Origin: Mustelus asterias
Taxonomy: Eukaryota
Direction of reading: 5' to 3'
Assembly (NCBI RefSeq): GCF_964213995.1
Contig: NC_135826.1
Span: forward strand, 37,076,001 to 37,140,000
Length of the DNA: 64,000 bases
Shown piece by piece: positions 36,039 to 49,332 of this stretch. Every line of letters starts with the position of its first letter. Positions within the stretch are counted from its first letter, which is position 1. A model generated the notes under the pieces. The model ran no database searches. It saw nothing but the letters and a program-made list of their open reading frames with translations, and had not been told where the DNA came from. The translations under genes were made by a program, and so were the position numbers.

Positions 36039-37979
36039 TGACAATTACCGGCTAATTACTGCTGAATGTCCCTGACCCGTAGTTCAATAGTAAATGAGAG
36101 TGAATCACAACAGCAACTGGGGCTGAATGAACTGAGTGAGATATTTAGGCACATCAGAACTGAAGAATATGAAGAATGAGGAAAACCCACCTGCCTAACA
36201 CACTTAACCATTGAATCAGCTTCACGTATCCAACTCCTCACCATTTCCTTCACTCATGCCTTCTCACCATTTACCTCAGTCCCTTCTCTCTCCAGAAACA
36301 CGGGGGTGGGGCGATCTTACCAAAAACATTCTAAGTGCCAAACGAGCGTGGAAACGGGAGAGAATCATGCCCATTTTTTTTTGGCCTGTATCTTATGCCA
36401 CTTAGCACAAAAAAAGGGTGCCTACCCTGAGGGTGAAAAAGCTCTTCCGAACTTTGCTTCCTACTCTCAAACAGAGCCGAGGAGAAATGACTTCTCTCAA
36501 AGGGTGGCGAGTCTGTGGAATTCACTACCCCAGAGTGTGGTGGATGTCGGGACTTTGATTAAATTTAAGGAGGAGATAGACAGATTTTTAATTAGTAATG
36601 GGTTTGAAGGGCTGTGGTGAACCGGCAGGAAAGTGGAGTTGAGGCTGAGGTGAGATCAGCCATAAATGGCAGAATAGGCCCGAGGGGCTGAATTGCCGAC
36701 TCCTGCTCCGAGTTTTTCTGATAAACTCCTCATTTTAAATCTGTTTCCCTGGGATTTGAATCCCAGATGTGTAGACGCCGGAGTAAACACAGTAAGAAGT
36801 TTGAGACCCAGCACAGTGGACAATTTGTCTGGACTAATTAAAAATCCCTTCAGACCTAGAAAATCATCCATCATTCTAACTTAAATTCTCTTCTTTAAAT
36901 TGCTGACCCTCCACCTTACCTTGGGTGCCCCTATGAGCCTTCACAAGGGCAGTAATATATTTCCGATAATGAGGTGCCCAGAACTGCACACAGTAAACTA
37001 ACCAAGGTCTGACTAACACGTGATATGCAGCAACAGCCTCTGCAGGTTTGTAAGCTGCCCCTCTGGTATTGTAGTTGAGGATCGTCACTCATTGTCCATC
37101 TCACTCTTACAGAGCAGTGCTGCGTCTTCATCTTCTCCTGAGCCAAGAGCCCTCTCCTGATGTTGGCCATGATTGCCTCCCACCGTCCCCAATAACCCAC
37201 AAGAGCCTGTCCTTGACCCCAATATCAGCCACTGTCCCATATTGCCTTGCAATTACTCTCAGTGGCTACCATGAGCCTTAGTGCTCCCAACAATGCTTCC
37301 CAACCCTACTATCTGCACTGTCCACAAAGTGTCCAGGCAATATGTATAAAATGCATTTCCTGTGGTCCACTAGTTTGAATAAGTTGAAGGCCATGGGATA
37401 TGGGCTGTGCAGTAATGAGTTTGGCAGTGCACCATGGCAGGGTCTAAACTGGGGATGCCAGCGCCCCGTCGCCCCACCCCCGGGTCCTTTTACATTCGCA
37501 CAATCTGGCCCTGGATCCACATGGATATTGCCAGAACTGGAAGTACCGAGTAAAGCCCAGCTCTCCTTCTTGGAATGGCCTCAGCCACCCTTCGTGGTGG
37601 CCTGTTTTAATGGCTTCCACATGTCGCTGTGAGGAAAACTGCTAGCAGCGACTGAGCACTGCCAAACAATCCTGTATTCACTGGAGCTGGGAACAGCTGT
37701 AGAACACTTAATAAATCCCACACAGCAGAGATTGAAAGAACATTCCAGAACTTATATTGCCTGAGCCATAATTAGAGGTGTGAAAGAGATGTACCATTAA
37801 CATCAGAGAGAGTCCCTCATTGTGCTGCAGACCTCACACCATGTTACCGGTCTGTATCGTTCCCTGGATCCCACAACCCATGATGGAATCCACAGTCCCG
37901 ACTAAGTTACAATTTCTGTCAAATGAAGGAGCACAGAACTAAAAGGTCACTTAAAGGTTTTCTGTCAGGACTCTACTGC

Positions 37980-38980
37980 TCATATACTCATTTGTACAGG
38001 CCATCCTACTTATACACCCTCCTCATTTCAGGCCCTTCCACTAATACTCACCCCTGTACAGACTCTTCCGCTAATACTCACCCTATATAGACCTTCCCAG
38101 TAATGTTCACCCCTGTACAGACCTTCCCACTAATACTCACTCCCGTACAGACTTTTCCGCTAACACTCACTGCTGTACAGACTTTCCCATGAATATTCAC
38201 CCTGTACAGACCTTCCCAGTAATGTTCACCCCGTATAGACTTTCCCACTAATACTCACCCTGTACAGACCTTTCCAATAATACTCACCCTGTACAGACCT
38301 TTCCAATAATACTCACCCTGTACAGACCTTTCCAATAATACTCACCCCTGTACAGACCTTTCCAATAATACTCACCCCTGTACAGACTTTTCCGCTAATA
38401 CTCACCCTGTACAGACCTTTCCAATAATACTCACCCTGTACAGACCTTTCCAATAATACTCACCCCTGTACAGACTTTTCCGCTAATACTCACCCTGCAC
38501 AGACCTTTCCAATAATACTCACCCTGTACAGACCTTTCCAATAATATTCACCTCTGAACAGACCTTTGGTGCATAGATTAGCTAGATAGTCAACATCTTT
38601 TCCCAGAGGTAGGGGAGTCTAAAATTAGAGGGCATAGGTTTAAGGTGAGAGGGGAAAGATACAAAGGGGTCCAGAGGGGCAATTTTTTCACACAGAGAGT
38701 GGTGGGTGTCTGGAAAAAGCTGCCAGAGATAGTAGAAGAGGTGGGTCTTTTAAAAAGCATTCATTCAGTTACATGGATAAGATTGGTATAGAGGGATATG
38801 GGCTAAATACAGGCAATTGGGACTAGCTTAATGGTAAAAACTGGGAGGCATGGACAAATTGGGCTAAAGGGCTTGTTTCTATGCTGTAAACCCATGACTC
38901 TATGACTCACCCCTGTACAGACCTTTCCGCTAATACTCATCCCAGGACAGACCTTCCCATGAATACTCATCCCCGTACAC
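37980..38980. repeat. 29-30 bp minisatellite CTCACCC(C)TGTACAGACCTTTCCAATAATA, split by a CR1 3' fragment (about 38567-38905, +)
   Basis: Visible tandem units on both sides of the CR1 fragment. Confidence 0.9.
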
Positions 38981-39181
38981 TGCTTCTTAGTCAAAAACAG
39001 CCCTAAACAACACTCAGTATCAAGGGACTTTTTTCAATGTCCAACACTTTTGTCACAATATTGTGTTATTTGTGTTAATGAAATAATATGTGTGTGAATG
39101 GATTTATACAGATTAAAGTCAGCTTCAGTCTCACACTGAGAGCTGAATGCTCACTGCTGCTGGTTTTAGCCCAAGAAATAA

Positions 39182-39436
<255 letters not shown>

Positions 39437-39732
39437 TAACAGATGCTACATTTTTACCGCAGTAAAGCTGTGGTGCCACTGCTATAGATTCAGCTTTCCT
39501 TAAACAAATATTGGGCGGAATTCTCTGGCCTCGTTGGTCTGAAAGCTGGAAATTCCCACCCGACCGTCGATGGGGTTTCACATTGTCCGCAACCCGCCCA
39601 CTAAAATTCCGGTGACAGGCAGGATGGGAGAATTTATTATCTCCAAGATCTGAAGAACTCTAGAGTTGCCAATTTTGGCTGAATGTTTTCATTGACATTT
39701 CATGACATCATCTCTGGCTGCCAACCACCGCG

Positions 39733-39765
<33 letters not shown>

Positions 39766-39837
39766 ACCACACACTCCCACCATTGGGTGTCCAACATCTC
39801 CATGTTGGCAACGTCTGACCTTCCTACATGGGAATGC

Positions 39838-40183
39838 CTCGGTGGCACAGTAGTTAACATTGCTGACTCACAGCTCCAGGGACCCGCGTTTGAATCCAGC
39901 CTTGGGTTACTGTCTTTGTGGAGTTTGCACGTTCTCCCCGTGTCTGCGTGAGTTTCCTCCGGGTGCACCGGTTTCCTCCCACACTCCAAAGATGTGCAGG
40001 CTGGGTAGATTGGCCATGTTAAATTGCCCTTTAGTGTTCCAAGATGTGTAGGTTGGGGGGATTAGCAGGGTAAATATGTGGGGTTATGAGCATAGGGCAT
40101 CGGTAAAACGCTCTGTACGAGAGCCAATGTAGACTTGATGGGCCGAGTGGCCTCCTTCTGCACTGTAGGGATTCTATGATTCT
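39838..40183 (+). mobile_element. HE1-type V-SINE
   Basis: V core and tail. Confidence 0.8.
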
Positions 40184-40636
40184 ACACCAAGTGGAACATG
40201 AACAAATTCTTTATTATTTGACTGGCTCATTCTTGTCTGTCAGCCAAACAGCCACTTTTCCACCTCCAACCATTTTACAATTAATAGATTAAAGTGCTCA
40301 AAAAAAATCTGAGGAATGTACAATCCTTTTTAAGGCCCGTGTGATTGCTCTCCTGGGCTTTGCTCGCGTCTCAGAGTTTAATCTTTCATTCCTGGAAAGG
40401 CCATGGTCAAACCTGGAGGGCCGGCAAATGTCCAGTGAAGGCCATGCCTCTAAATGTGCCCCAAGCTTGGGACATTTGGTGCATTTCTTCCCCTCCTCCT
40501 TCCGGTCATTGATCCTGAAGGCTTCAGGAATAATCTGGAATGTTTTGAGTTGAACGTGCTGTCTGATGTTTGTTTTCTGTGCTCAATTCGCCGTGACCCC
40601 TGAACACTTCCTTCACACATTTCTTCCCGGATGCAG

Positions 40637-40762
40637 ATATCAACGAGTGCTCGCTGAGTGACAACCTGTGCAAGAACGGGCGCTGCGTCAATATGATTGG
40701 GACCTACCAGTGTGCCTGTGACTCGGGATACCAGGGCACAGCTGACAGACAGGGCTGTATGG
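40637..40762 (+). CDS. FBN3: Fibrillin exon, cbEGF14
   Basis: tgcag|..|gtaag; [42 protein letters not shown]; 126 nt. Confidence 0.95.
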
Positions 40763-41171
40763 GTAAGGGCTGCAGAAATGACATTAAACAATGTGGCAAA
40801 GTGTAAAATACTGACTAATCATAGGAAGGTTAATCTCCACACATATTTAACCTGCTCAGATGTTTATTCATCCTTCCAGACAAATGAATTGTGACCTGTT
40901 TGAGGTTAAACTTGGCGAATGAAGGGAAACCTGTCGGAGAACATTCATTCCGGCCAGTTCCACCCCCTCAGTCTACCCTCAATCATCAGCGAAGTGCTGG
41001 AAGGTGTTATGGACAGTGCAGTCCCGCAGCACTGACCCAGCAATGACCCGCTCACTGATGCTCAGTTTGGGTTTCTCCAGGGTTACTAAATTCCAGTCCT
41101 TGTTACAATATACATCCAAACTTGGACAAAATAACTGAATTGCTGCACCTGTCCTCAATACGGTGTCCCTC

Positions 41172-43030
41172 AAGCCCCATATCCCTCAGTGCCAAACACT
41201 CACCTTCTCCCCGTATCCCTCAGCTCCACAAATTCACCTTCTCTCCATATCCCTCAGCACCACGCACTCACCTTCTCTCCATATCCCTCAGCACCACGCA
41301 CTCATCTTCTCCCCATATCCCTCAGTGCCAGACACTCACCTTATCCCCATATCCCTCAGCACCACGCACTCACCTTCTCCCCATATCCCTCAGCACCACG
41401 CACTCACCTTCTCCCCATATCCCTCAGTGCCAGACACTCACCTTCTCCCCATATCCCTCAGTGCCAGACACTCACCTTATCCCCATGTCCTTCAGCACCA
41501 CGCACTCATCTTCTCCCCATATCCCTCAGCACCACGCACTCACCTTCTCTCCATATCCCTCAGCACCACAAACTCATCTTCTCCCATATCCCTCAACACC
41601 ACGCACTCATCTTCTCCCCATATCCCTCAGCACCACGCACTCATCTTCTCCCCATATCCCTCAGCACCATGCATTCACCTTCTCCCCATATCCCTCAGTG
41701 CCACGGACTCATCTTCTCCCCATATCCCTCAGCACCACAAACTCATCTTCTCCCATATCCCTCAACACCACGCACTCATCTTCTCCCCATATCCCTCAGC
41801 ACCACGCATTCACCTTCTCCCCATATCCCTCAGTGCCACGGACTCATCTTCTCCCCATATCCCTCAGCACCACGTACTCACCTTCTCTCCATATCCCTCA
41901 GTTCCACGCCCTCACCTTCTCTCCATATCCCTCAGCACCACGCACTCACCTTCTCCCCATATCCCTCAGTGCCAGACACTCACCTTCTCCCCATATCCCT
42001 CAGTGCCAGACACTCACCTTATCCCCATGTCCTTCAGCACCACACACTCACCTTCTCCCCATATCCCTCAGCACCACACACTCATCTTCTCCCCATATCC
42101 CTCAGCACCACGCACTCACCTTCTCTCCATATCCCTCAGCACCACAAACTCATCTTCTCCCATATCCCTCAACACCACGCACTCATCTTCTCCCCATATC
42201 CCTCAGCACCACGCACTCATCTTCTCCCCATATCCCTCAGCACCATGCATTCACCTTCTCCCCATATCCCTCAGTGCCACGGACTCATCTTCTCCCCATA
42301 TCCCTCAGCACCACAAACTCATCTTCTCCCATATCCCTCAACACCACGCACTCATCTTCTCCCCATATCCCTCAGCACCACGCATTCACCTTCTCCCCAT
42401 ATCCCTCAGTGCCACGGACTCATCTTCTCCCCATATCCCTCAGCACCACGTACTCACCTTCTCTCCATATCCCTCAGTTCCACGCCCTCACCTTCTCTCC
42501 ATATCCCTCAGCACCACACACTCATCTTCTCCCCATATCCCTCAGCACCACACACTCACCTTCTCCTCATATCCCTCAGTGCCACGCATTCACCTTCTCC
42601 CCATATCCCTCAGCACCACGTACTCACCTTCTCCCCATATCCCTCAGTGCCAGACACTCACCTTCTCCCCATATCCCTCAGCACCACACACTCACCTTCT
42701 CCCCATATCTCTCAGCACCAAGCACTCACCTTCTCCCCATATCCCTCAGTGCCATGCACTCACCTTCTCCCCATATCCCTCAGCACCAAGCACTCACCTT
42801 CTCCCCATATCCCTCAGCACCACACACTCACCTTCTCCCCATATCTCTCAGCACCAAGCACTCACCTTCTCCCCATATCCCTCAGTGCCATGCACTCACC
42901 TTCTCCCCATATCCCTCAGCACCACACACTCACCTTCTCCCCATATCTCTCAGCACCAAGCACTCACCTTCTCCCCATATCTCTCAGCACCAAGCACTCA
43001 CCTTCTCCCCATATCCCTCAGTGCCGCCTA
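41172..43030. repeat. 34-bp minisatellite CCCCATATCCCTCAGCACCACGCACTCACCTTCT (about 54 units) with a higher-order duplication
   Basis: Visible tandem units; variant units recur at a 576-bp offset. Confidence 0.95.
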
Positions 43031-43508
43031 CCCACGTAATCCTCCATCTTCTCTCTCCAGAAACAGATGTAATTATTTATTTCCCTTCCACACTAGCTTC
43101 TGTCTGAATGCTCAATGATATTTTGTTCCATAATCTGATTTATCGTCGGAGTGATAAAGTTCCCCACATTACCCTTCCTACTTTTAAATTTTGTATCAAT
43201 TGATTTTGCCAAATCCCTTTGTTAATCTGGGAAACCTCACCCCGCAATCTTCTGTTTTAAAAAAAATGAATTCCAATTTACCCTTTTCCTCAACCATGGT
43301 TATCCTTCAATGAGTCTTCCCAGAGTCAATGACAGTGTACTAATATAGTGAAAATGCTACAGTCAGTATATATAGTCAATATAGTCAGTATGCTAATCTC
43401 ATTCTCATTACTGCAGGAAATCCTCATTTTGGTTTTCACTGTGAGGTTAATAAGGTGGGTGTGTGTTACACAAAGCCCCAGCTATCTGTTGACTTTTTCC
43501 TACTTCAG

Positions 43509-43631
43509 ATATTGATGAATGTACAATCATGAACGGGGGATGTGACACACATTGCACAAACTCAGAGGGAAGCTACGAGTGCAGCTGCAGTGAGGGCTAC
43601 GCACTGATGCCTGACAAGAGAACATGTGCAG
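43509..43631 (+). CDS. FBN3: Fibrillin exon, cbEGF15
   Basis: ttcag|..|gtagg; [41 protein letters not shown]; 123 nt. Confidence 0.95.
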
Positions 43632-43803
43632 GTAGGCCGCATGAGACTGTTAATACTGATGGTGTTCTGTAGTATGGTAAACTCTCCTTGTGATACTAAC
43701 AGGGTATCGAGCCTGATGCTGTTTACAAGCCCAGTACAATTTTACCATTATTTCGAATTGGTTTACGACTCCAATTATAACTGAAATCCATGTGACATTG
43801 AGG

Positions 43804-43995
43804 ACACAGTAAGAGTTTTAACAACACCAGGTTAAAGTCCAACAGGTTTATTTGGTAGCAAATGCCATTAGCTTTTGGAAGGAGCAGCGCTCTGAAAGCT
43901 AATGGCATTTGCTACCAAATAAACCTGTTGGACTTTAACCTGGTGCTGTTAAAACTCTTACTGTGTTTACCCCAGTCCAACGCCGGCATCTCCAC
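43804..43995. mobile_element. PLE family A fold-back element
   Basis: Arms at about 43804-43875 and 43895-43966; TSD ACATTGAGGAC at 43795-43805 and 43996-44006. Confidence 0.8.
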
Positions 43996-44039
43996 ACATT
44001 GAGGACTGTCAGAATTAGAATCAACCATTACTATTCAAG

Positions 44040-45490
44040 ACAAATGACCAAACCTGGTTAAATGAGGAGTCAAGGATAATACGCCAGGAGTATCACCAGG
44101 CATACCTGAAAATGAGGTGTTAACCTGGTGAAGCTACAGCACAGGGCTACATACATGCTAAACAGCAGAAACAATATGTAATAGACAGAGCCAAGTAGTC
44201 CTACAACTGAAGACCAGATCAATGTTCTGTGGTTCTGTTCTGATCATGAATGGTGGCAGCCAGTTAACTGGGGGAGAAGACTCCACAACCGTCCTCAATG
44301 ATGAAGGAGCCCAGTACATCAGTGCAAAAGGTAAGGCTGAAGCACTCACAACAATCTTGACCCAGAAATACCAAGTGGATGATCCTATCTCAGCCGCCTC
44401 CTGGGGTCCTCAGCATCACAGATCCTCAGCCATTTCAATTCACTCCCCGTGATAGCAAGAAACATTGATCAAACTGGATACTGCAAAGGCAATGGGCCCT
44501 GAAAACATCCCGACAGTAGTTTTGAAGACTTGTGCTCCAGAACTAGTTGCACCCCTAGCCAAGTTGTTCCAGTATGGAAGTGTGGAAAATTCCTGGGTAC
44601 GTCCTGAACACAAAAACCAGGACAAATCCGATCCAGCCAATCAGTCTACTCTCGATCATCAGAAAAATGATGGAAGGTGTCATTGATGGTGCTATCCAGC
44701 AGCACTCACTCAGCAATAACCTGCTCACTAATGTTCAGTTTGGGTTTCACCAGCGCCATGCAGCTCCAGACCTCTTTCTAGCCTTGGTCCAAACATGGGA
44801 AAAGAGCTGAATGCCAGAGGTAAGGTGGGAGTGACTTCCCATCAAAGTAGCATTTAACTAAATTTGGCATCAAGGAATCCTTGTAAAATTGATGTCAAGG
44901 GGAATCGGTGGGGGGGGGAGGAAACTCTCCATTGGTTGGAGTCATACTTGGCACATGGGAAGATGGTTGTGGAGGTCAATCATCTCAGCCCCAGGATATC
45001 ACTGCAGGAGTTCCTCAGGATAGTGTCCTAACCCAACCAGCTTCAGCTGCTTCATCGATAACCTTCCCTCCATCATAAGGTCAGAAGTAGGGATATTTGC
45101 CGATAATTACACAATATTAAGTATCTTTATCCTCAGATACTGAAGCAGTTCATGTCCACATGCAGCAAGACCTGGACAATATCCAGACTTGGGCTGACAA
45201 GTGGCAAGTAACATTCATGCCACACAAATGCCAGGCAATGACTATCTCCAACAAAAGAGAATTGAACCATCTTTTGACATTCAATGGCGTTACCACCACT
45301 GAATCCCCCACTATCAACATCCTGGGAATCACTGTTGACCAGAAACTGAACTGGACCAGCCATATAAATAATGTAGCTATAACAGCAGGTCAGATGCTGG
45401 GAAAACTGTGGCGAGAAACTTAAACTTCTACTCCCCAAAGTCTGCCCACCATCTATGCAGCATAAGTCAAGAGTTTGGTTGAATATCACT
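44040..45490 (+). mobile_element. Decayed CR1/L2-clade LINE RT region
   Basis: Remnants PISLLSII.KMMEGVI, QFGFHQ, QQDLDNIQTWADKWQVTF. Confidence 0.8.
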
Positions 45491-45494
45491 CTTA

Positions 45495-46530
45495 AATGGT
45501 AAGAGGTTGGGAAGTGTTGGTGTCCAAAGGGACTTGGATGTCCTTGTTCATGAGTCACTAAAAATGAGCAGGCAGGTGCAGCAAGCAATCCAGAAGGCAA
45601 ATGGTATGTCGGCCTTCATCGTGAGAAGATTTGAGATGCTTTGCTATCAGAGCCTTGCTGAGACTGCACTGTGGTGAACCATCGTTGGTTCCCACTAGGT
45701 AGTACTGAGCCAGGGTCTGGCCAGTACTACGAGTATGTATATATGTTGCTGTTGGGGTTAGGGATGGGTTGTTCTACTTGGCTGTTGGGGTTAGGGTTGG
45801 GCTGTTACACCTGTATTATAGTTATTATGGTACATCCCAGTCGGGCTCCGCCTCCTGGGAGAGGTATAAAGGTCACTGCTCTGTCTGGGACCCCTCAGTC
45901 TGGGATCGTGTACTATACATGGTAGCTTCGTTGTAATAGTAAATAAAAGCCTTTATTTCCTTGAGCATCTCAAGTCTCGTGTGTGATAACGCGCATCATG
46001 CACCTTGAGTATTATGTACAGTTTTGGACTCCTTATTTAAGGAAGGAAAGACTTGCTATAGAGGGAGTGCTACAGAGGTTCACCAGACTATCCCTGGAAT
46101 GTCAGGATTGTCCTATGGGGAGTGATTGCGGAAACTATTCTATCGTTTTGCAGAATGAGAGGTGATCTCATTGAGAGTTACAAAATTCTTACAGGGCGTG
46201 ACTGTAGATGGGACGTTTCCCCTGGGGGTGAGACTAGAACCACGGGACACAATCTCAGAATAAGGGCAGGCCAATTAAGACTGAGATGAGGAGGAATTTC
46301 TTCACTCAGAGGGTGGTGAATCGTTAGAATTCTCTATCCCTGAGGGCTGTAGAAGCTCAATCCTTGAGCATGTTCAAGACAGAGATCGATAGATTTTTGG
46401 ATACTAATGGACATCAAGGGATATGAGGGTAGAGTGGGACAGTGGCATGGAGAAAGATAATCAGCTATGATCCAACTGAATGGCAGAACAGGTTCTCCAG
46501 GTTGAATGGCCTACTCCTGTTCCCATGTTC
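45495..46530 (+). mobile_element. CR1 3' fragment interrupted by a solo LTR
   Basis: HLEYYVQFWTP peptide resumes right after the LTR. Confidence 0.75.
45670..45998 (+). mobile_element. Solo LTR (329 bp), same family as 24016-24311
   Basis: TGTGGTGAACCAT..CGCGCATCA ends; TATA-like box, AATAAA; 5-bp TSD TGCAC. Confidence 0.85.
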
Positions 46531-47434
46531 CCCTTTCTTTCCTGGATGAGTGCATCTCCGAAGCCATTCAAGAAGCTTGAAAACATTCAGGACAAAGCAG
46601 CCAGTTGATCAACACCTCATCCACCGTCTTAAACATTCAAACCATTCAAACCGACACACATGGGCAGCAGTGCGTACAAGATACAAGGCTCCTTTGACAG
46701 CACTTTCCAATCCTGTGACATCTACCACCTAGAAGGACAAGGACAGCAGGAGCATAGGAATGCCACCAGCTGCAAGTTCCCCTCCAAGCCACACACCATC
46801 CTGACTTGAAACAACGTCACTATTCCAGCAACGCTCACATTCCATGAATTAATTTTTTTTTAAATTCAGACTCGAAACCTCATTTGTTAACTGATGACTC
46901 ATCAGTTCGTGTTTCTAAAGAGTTAGACTGCTGTCTTTAAATCCTGTTACTTAAACCAAATACAGTAAGAAGTTTAACAACACCAGGTTAAAGTCCAACA
47001 GGTTTATTTGGTAGCAAAAGCCACACAAACGCATTGAGAGACACGGGGCAAAGACACGTATGTGGAGTTAGGTCACAGGTCAACCATGATCTCATTGAAT
47101 GGCACAGCCTCGAGCAGCTTTGTGGTGTCCTCCTGTTCCTATGCTCTAATGCTTGATAAAGGTTAGAACTGCCAGACTTCCATCAGACAAAGTAATAAAT
47201 GAAGCACCTCCTGGCGGATTGGCTATCGAATTGGATAAGGTGTCATCCATTCCTTCAGGCAACAACCCCCCCACTCACTGGAACAGCTGCAACAGGCTGC
47301 CATGTGTAGACTTATTTTGTGACCAACACAGGTCAGACAGAGGTTAAAGGATTACAAACAAATTGAGGTGTAAGTGTGAGAAATTGGTGTAAAGTTGAAC
47401 ATTTTTGGTAACTGATTGTTTTTGATTTGTTCAG

Positions 47435-47560
47435 ATATTGATGAATGTGAGGAGAATCCTGATATTTGTGAGGGTGGACAGTGTACCAACATCCCTGGGG
47501 AATATCGTTGCCTCTGCTACGATGGCTTCATGGCTTCCATGGATATGAGGACCTGTCTGG
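47435..47560 (+). CDS. FBN3: Fibrillin exon, cbEGF16
   Basis: ttcag|..|gtgag; [42 protein letters not shown]; 126 nt. Confidence 0.95.
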
Positions 47561-48119
47561 GTGAGATCTGAAGTCCATTCTTTTTGTTTAAACTTCACAT
47601 GGTTAGCAGGAGACAAATATACATCAAGAGTAGTGCCAACTGCATTTAGAGATAGCAGGAGAATATTTCAGGAGTGTTGGTGAGTTTTTATGTACTGATT
47701 GTGGTGATGTTTTCAATCCCCCTTCCATTTAAGGCCCAGTTCCCCAGGTCACAGTGATCCAGGGTGAATCACACGATGTGGGCCTCAGCACTGAGGGCAC
47801 GTTGCTCGCGAGAGATGGGCGATTCCGCTGGAGCACGGTTTATTCTTACACAAGGCCTCGAGCCCTTTCACCAGACTGATGGAGTTTGAGGGCGGGATCT
47901 TACAGCCTCGCTCATCCCAAAACTGTTAAATCCCACCCCCCCCCCCCCCCCCCTCCGAGGTCAATGGACCTTTCCATGTTCCGCCACTCACCCGCTCCAA
48001 TTCCCGTGGCAGGCAGGATGGCAAAATTTCAGCCTTAGTGTTTCCTAGAACCGAAGAACAGACAAAGTTATTCATAGGGAGAAGGAACAGACACAAGTCA
48101 TGTGGGGGGAGGATGTTTG

Positions 48120-48980
48120 ACATTGGAGGAGAGAGAGAGTCAGTGATGAGTGTGGGGGGAGGGATGGGGCCAGTGGTGAAGCGGGGGAGAGGAGGGATGG
48201 AGCCAGTGGGGGGGCGGGGGGGGGGGGGGGGGGGGGGGGGGAGGTGGCAGGCGGCAGGCATGGAGCCACTGGTGAGTGGTGGGGGAGAAACAGTTCTTGT
48301 GGTGAGTCGGGGGAGGGGCAGGGCCAGTGGTGAAGGCGGGGGGGGGGGGGGGGGGGGAGGGATGGAGCCAGAGGAGAGGGTGGAATGGGGGGAGGGGAGG
48401 GAGGTGGCAGGGATAGAGCCACTGGTGAGTGGTGGGGGGGAAACAGTTCATATGGTGAGTCGGGGCAGGGACAGGGCCAGTGGTGAAAGGGGAGGAGGGA
48501 TGGAGCCAGAGGAAGCGGTGGGGGTCGGAGGGATGAAACCAATGGCGAGTTGGGGGGTGGGGGGGGTTGGTGGTGGGGGAGTTGGATGGAGCTCATGGTG
48601 AGTTGGGGAACGGACCGAGATGGAGGTGAGTGGGTATAGGGGTCAGGGTCAGTGGTGAGTGGAGGGAGGGATGCAGCCAGTGGGGAGTGTGAGGGAAGGA
48701 AGGAGCCATCGGGGAGTGGTGGGGGAGGGAGAGATGGAGGTGAGTGAGGGTAGGGACAGAGCTGGTGGTGAGAGGAGGTAGGGTAGTGTCGGAGCCGGTG
48801 GGGAGTGTGAGGGAAGGAAGGGGCCAGTCAGGAGTGGTGGGGGAGGGAGAGGGACGTGTGAGGGGAGGGATGGAGCTGGTAGTGAGTGAGTTGGGGAAGG
48901 TGTGAGTGGAGATAGGGTCAGAGATGGTGGTGAGTGGGGGAGAGACAGAGCTCATAGTGAACTGGGGGGAGGGATGAACC
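48120..48980. repeat. G-rich low-complexity degenerate repeat
   Basis: Long G runs; internal duplication at about 48262-48335 and 48415-48487. Confidence 0.8.
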
Positions 48981-49206
48981 CAGTGGTTCTCGTGCAGTTG
49001 TTGCAAACCAGATTGAAAACAGCCAGCGTACAGCTCATCTGTAACCAATTGAAACCCCAAAGCACAATATTTGAATTTAAGCTTCCACCCCCTCAGCACC
49101 AACGTAGATTCAACCTGTGAAACTGGGACTTGTAATAACTTCTGACCGGCTCCAATTTCATTATTTAATGTGGAAAAAAATCTTTCATTTTGAACTTTCC
49201 TTCCAG

Positions 49207-49332
49207 ATGTTAATGAGTGTGACCTGAACCCTAACATCTGTCTCCATGGCGACTGTGAGAACACCAAAGGCTCTTTTATCTGCCATTGCCAGCTGGGATA
49301 TTTTGTGAAGAAGGGAACAACGGGCTGCACAG
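49207..49332 (+). CDS. FBN3: Fibrillin exon, cbEGF17
   Basis: tccag|..|gtggg; [42 protein letters not shown]; 126 nt. Confidence 0.95.

Noticed and set aside
37980-38570. About 30-bp repeats superficially like a CRISPR array
   Set aside because: Units are directly adjacent with no unique spacers; vertebrate intron; no cas genes.
41122-43118. Three overlapping ORFs of 616-661 aa rich in Pro/Ser/His
   Set aside because: Product of a 34-bp stop-free minisatellite; the same peptides rotate through all frames.
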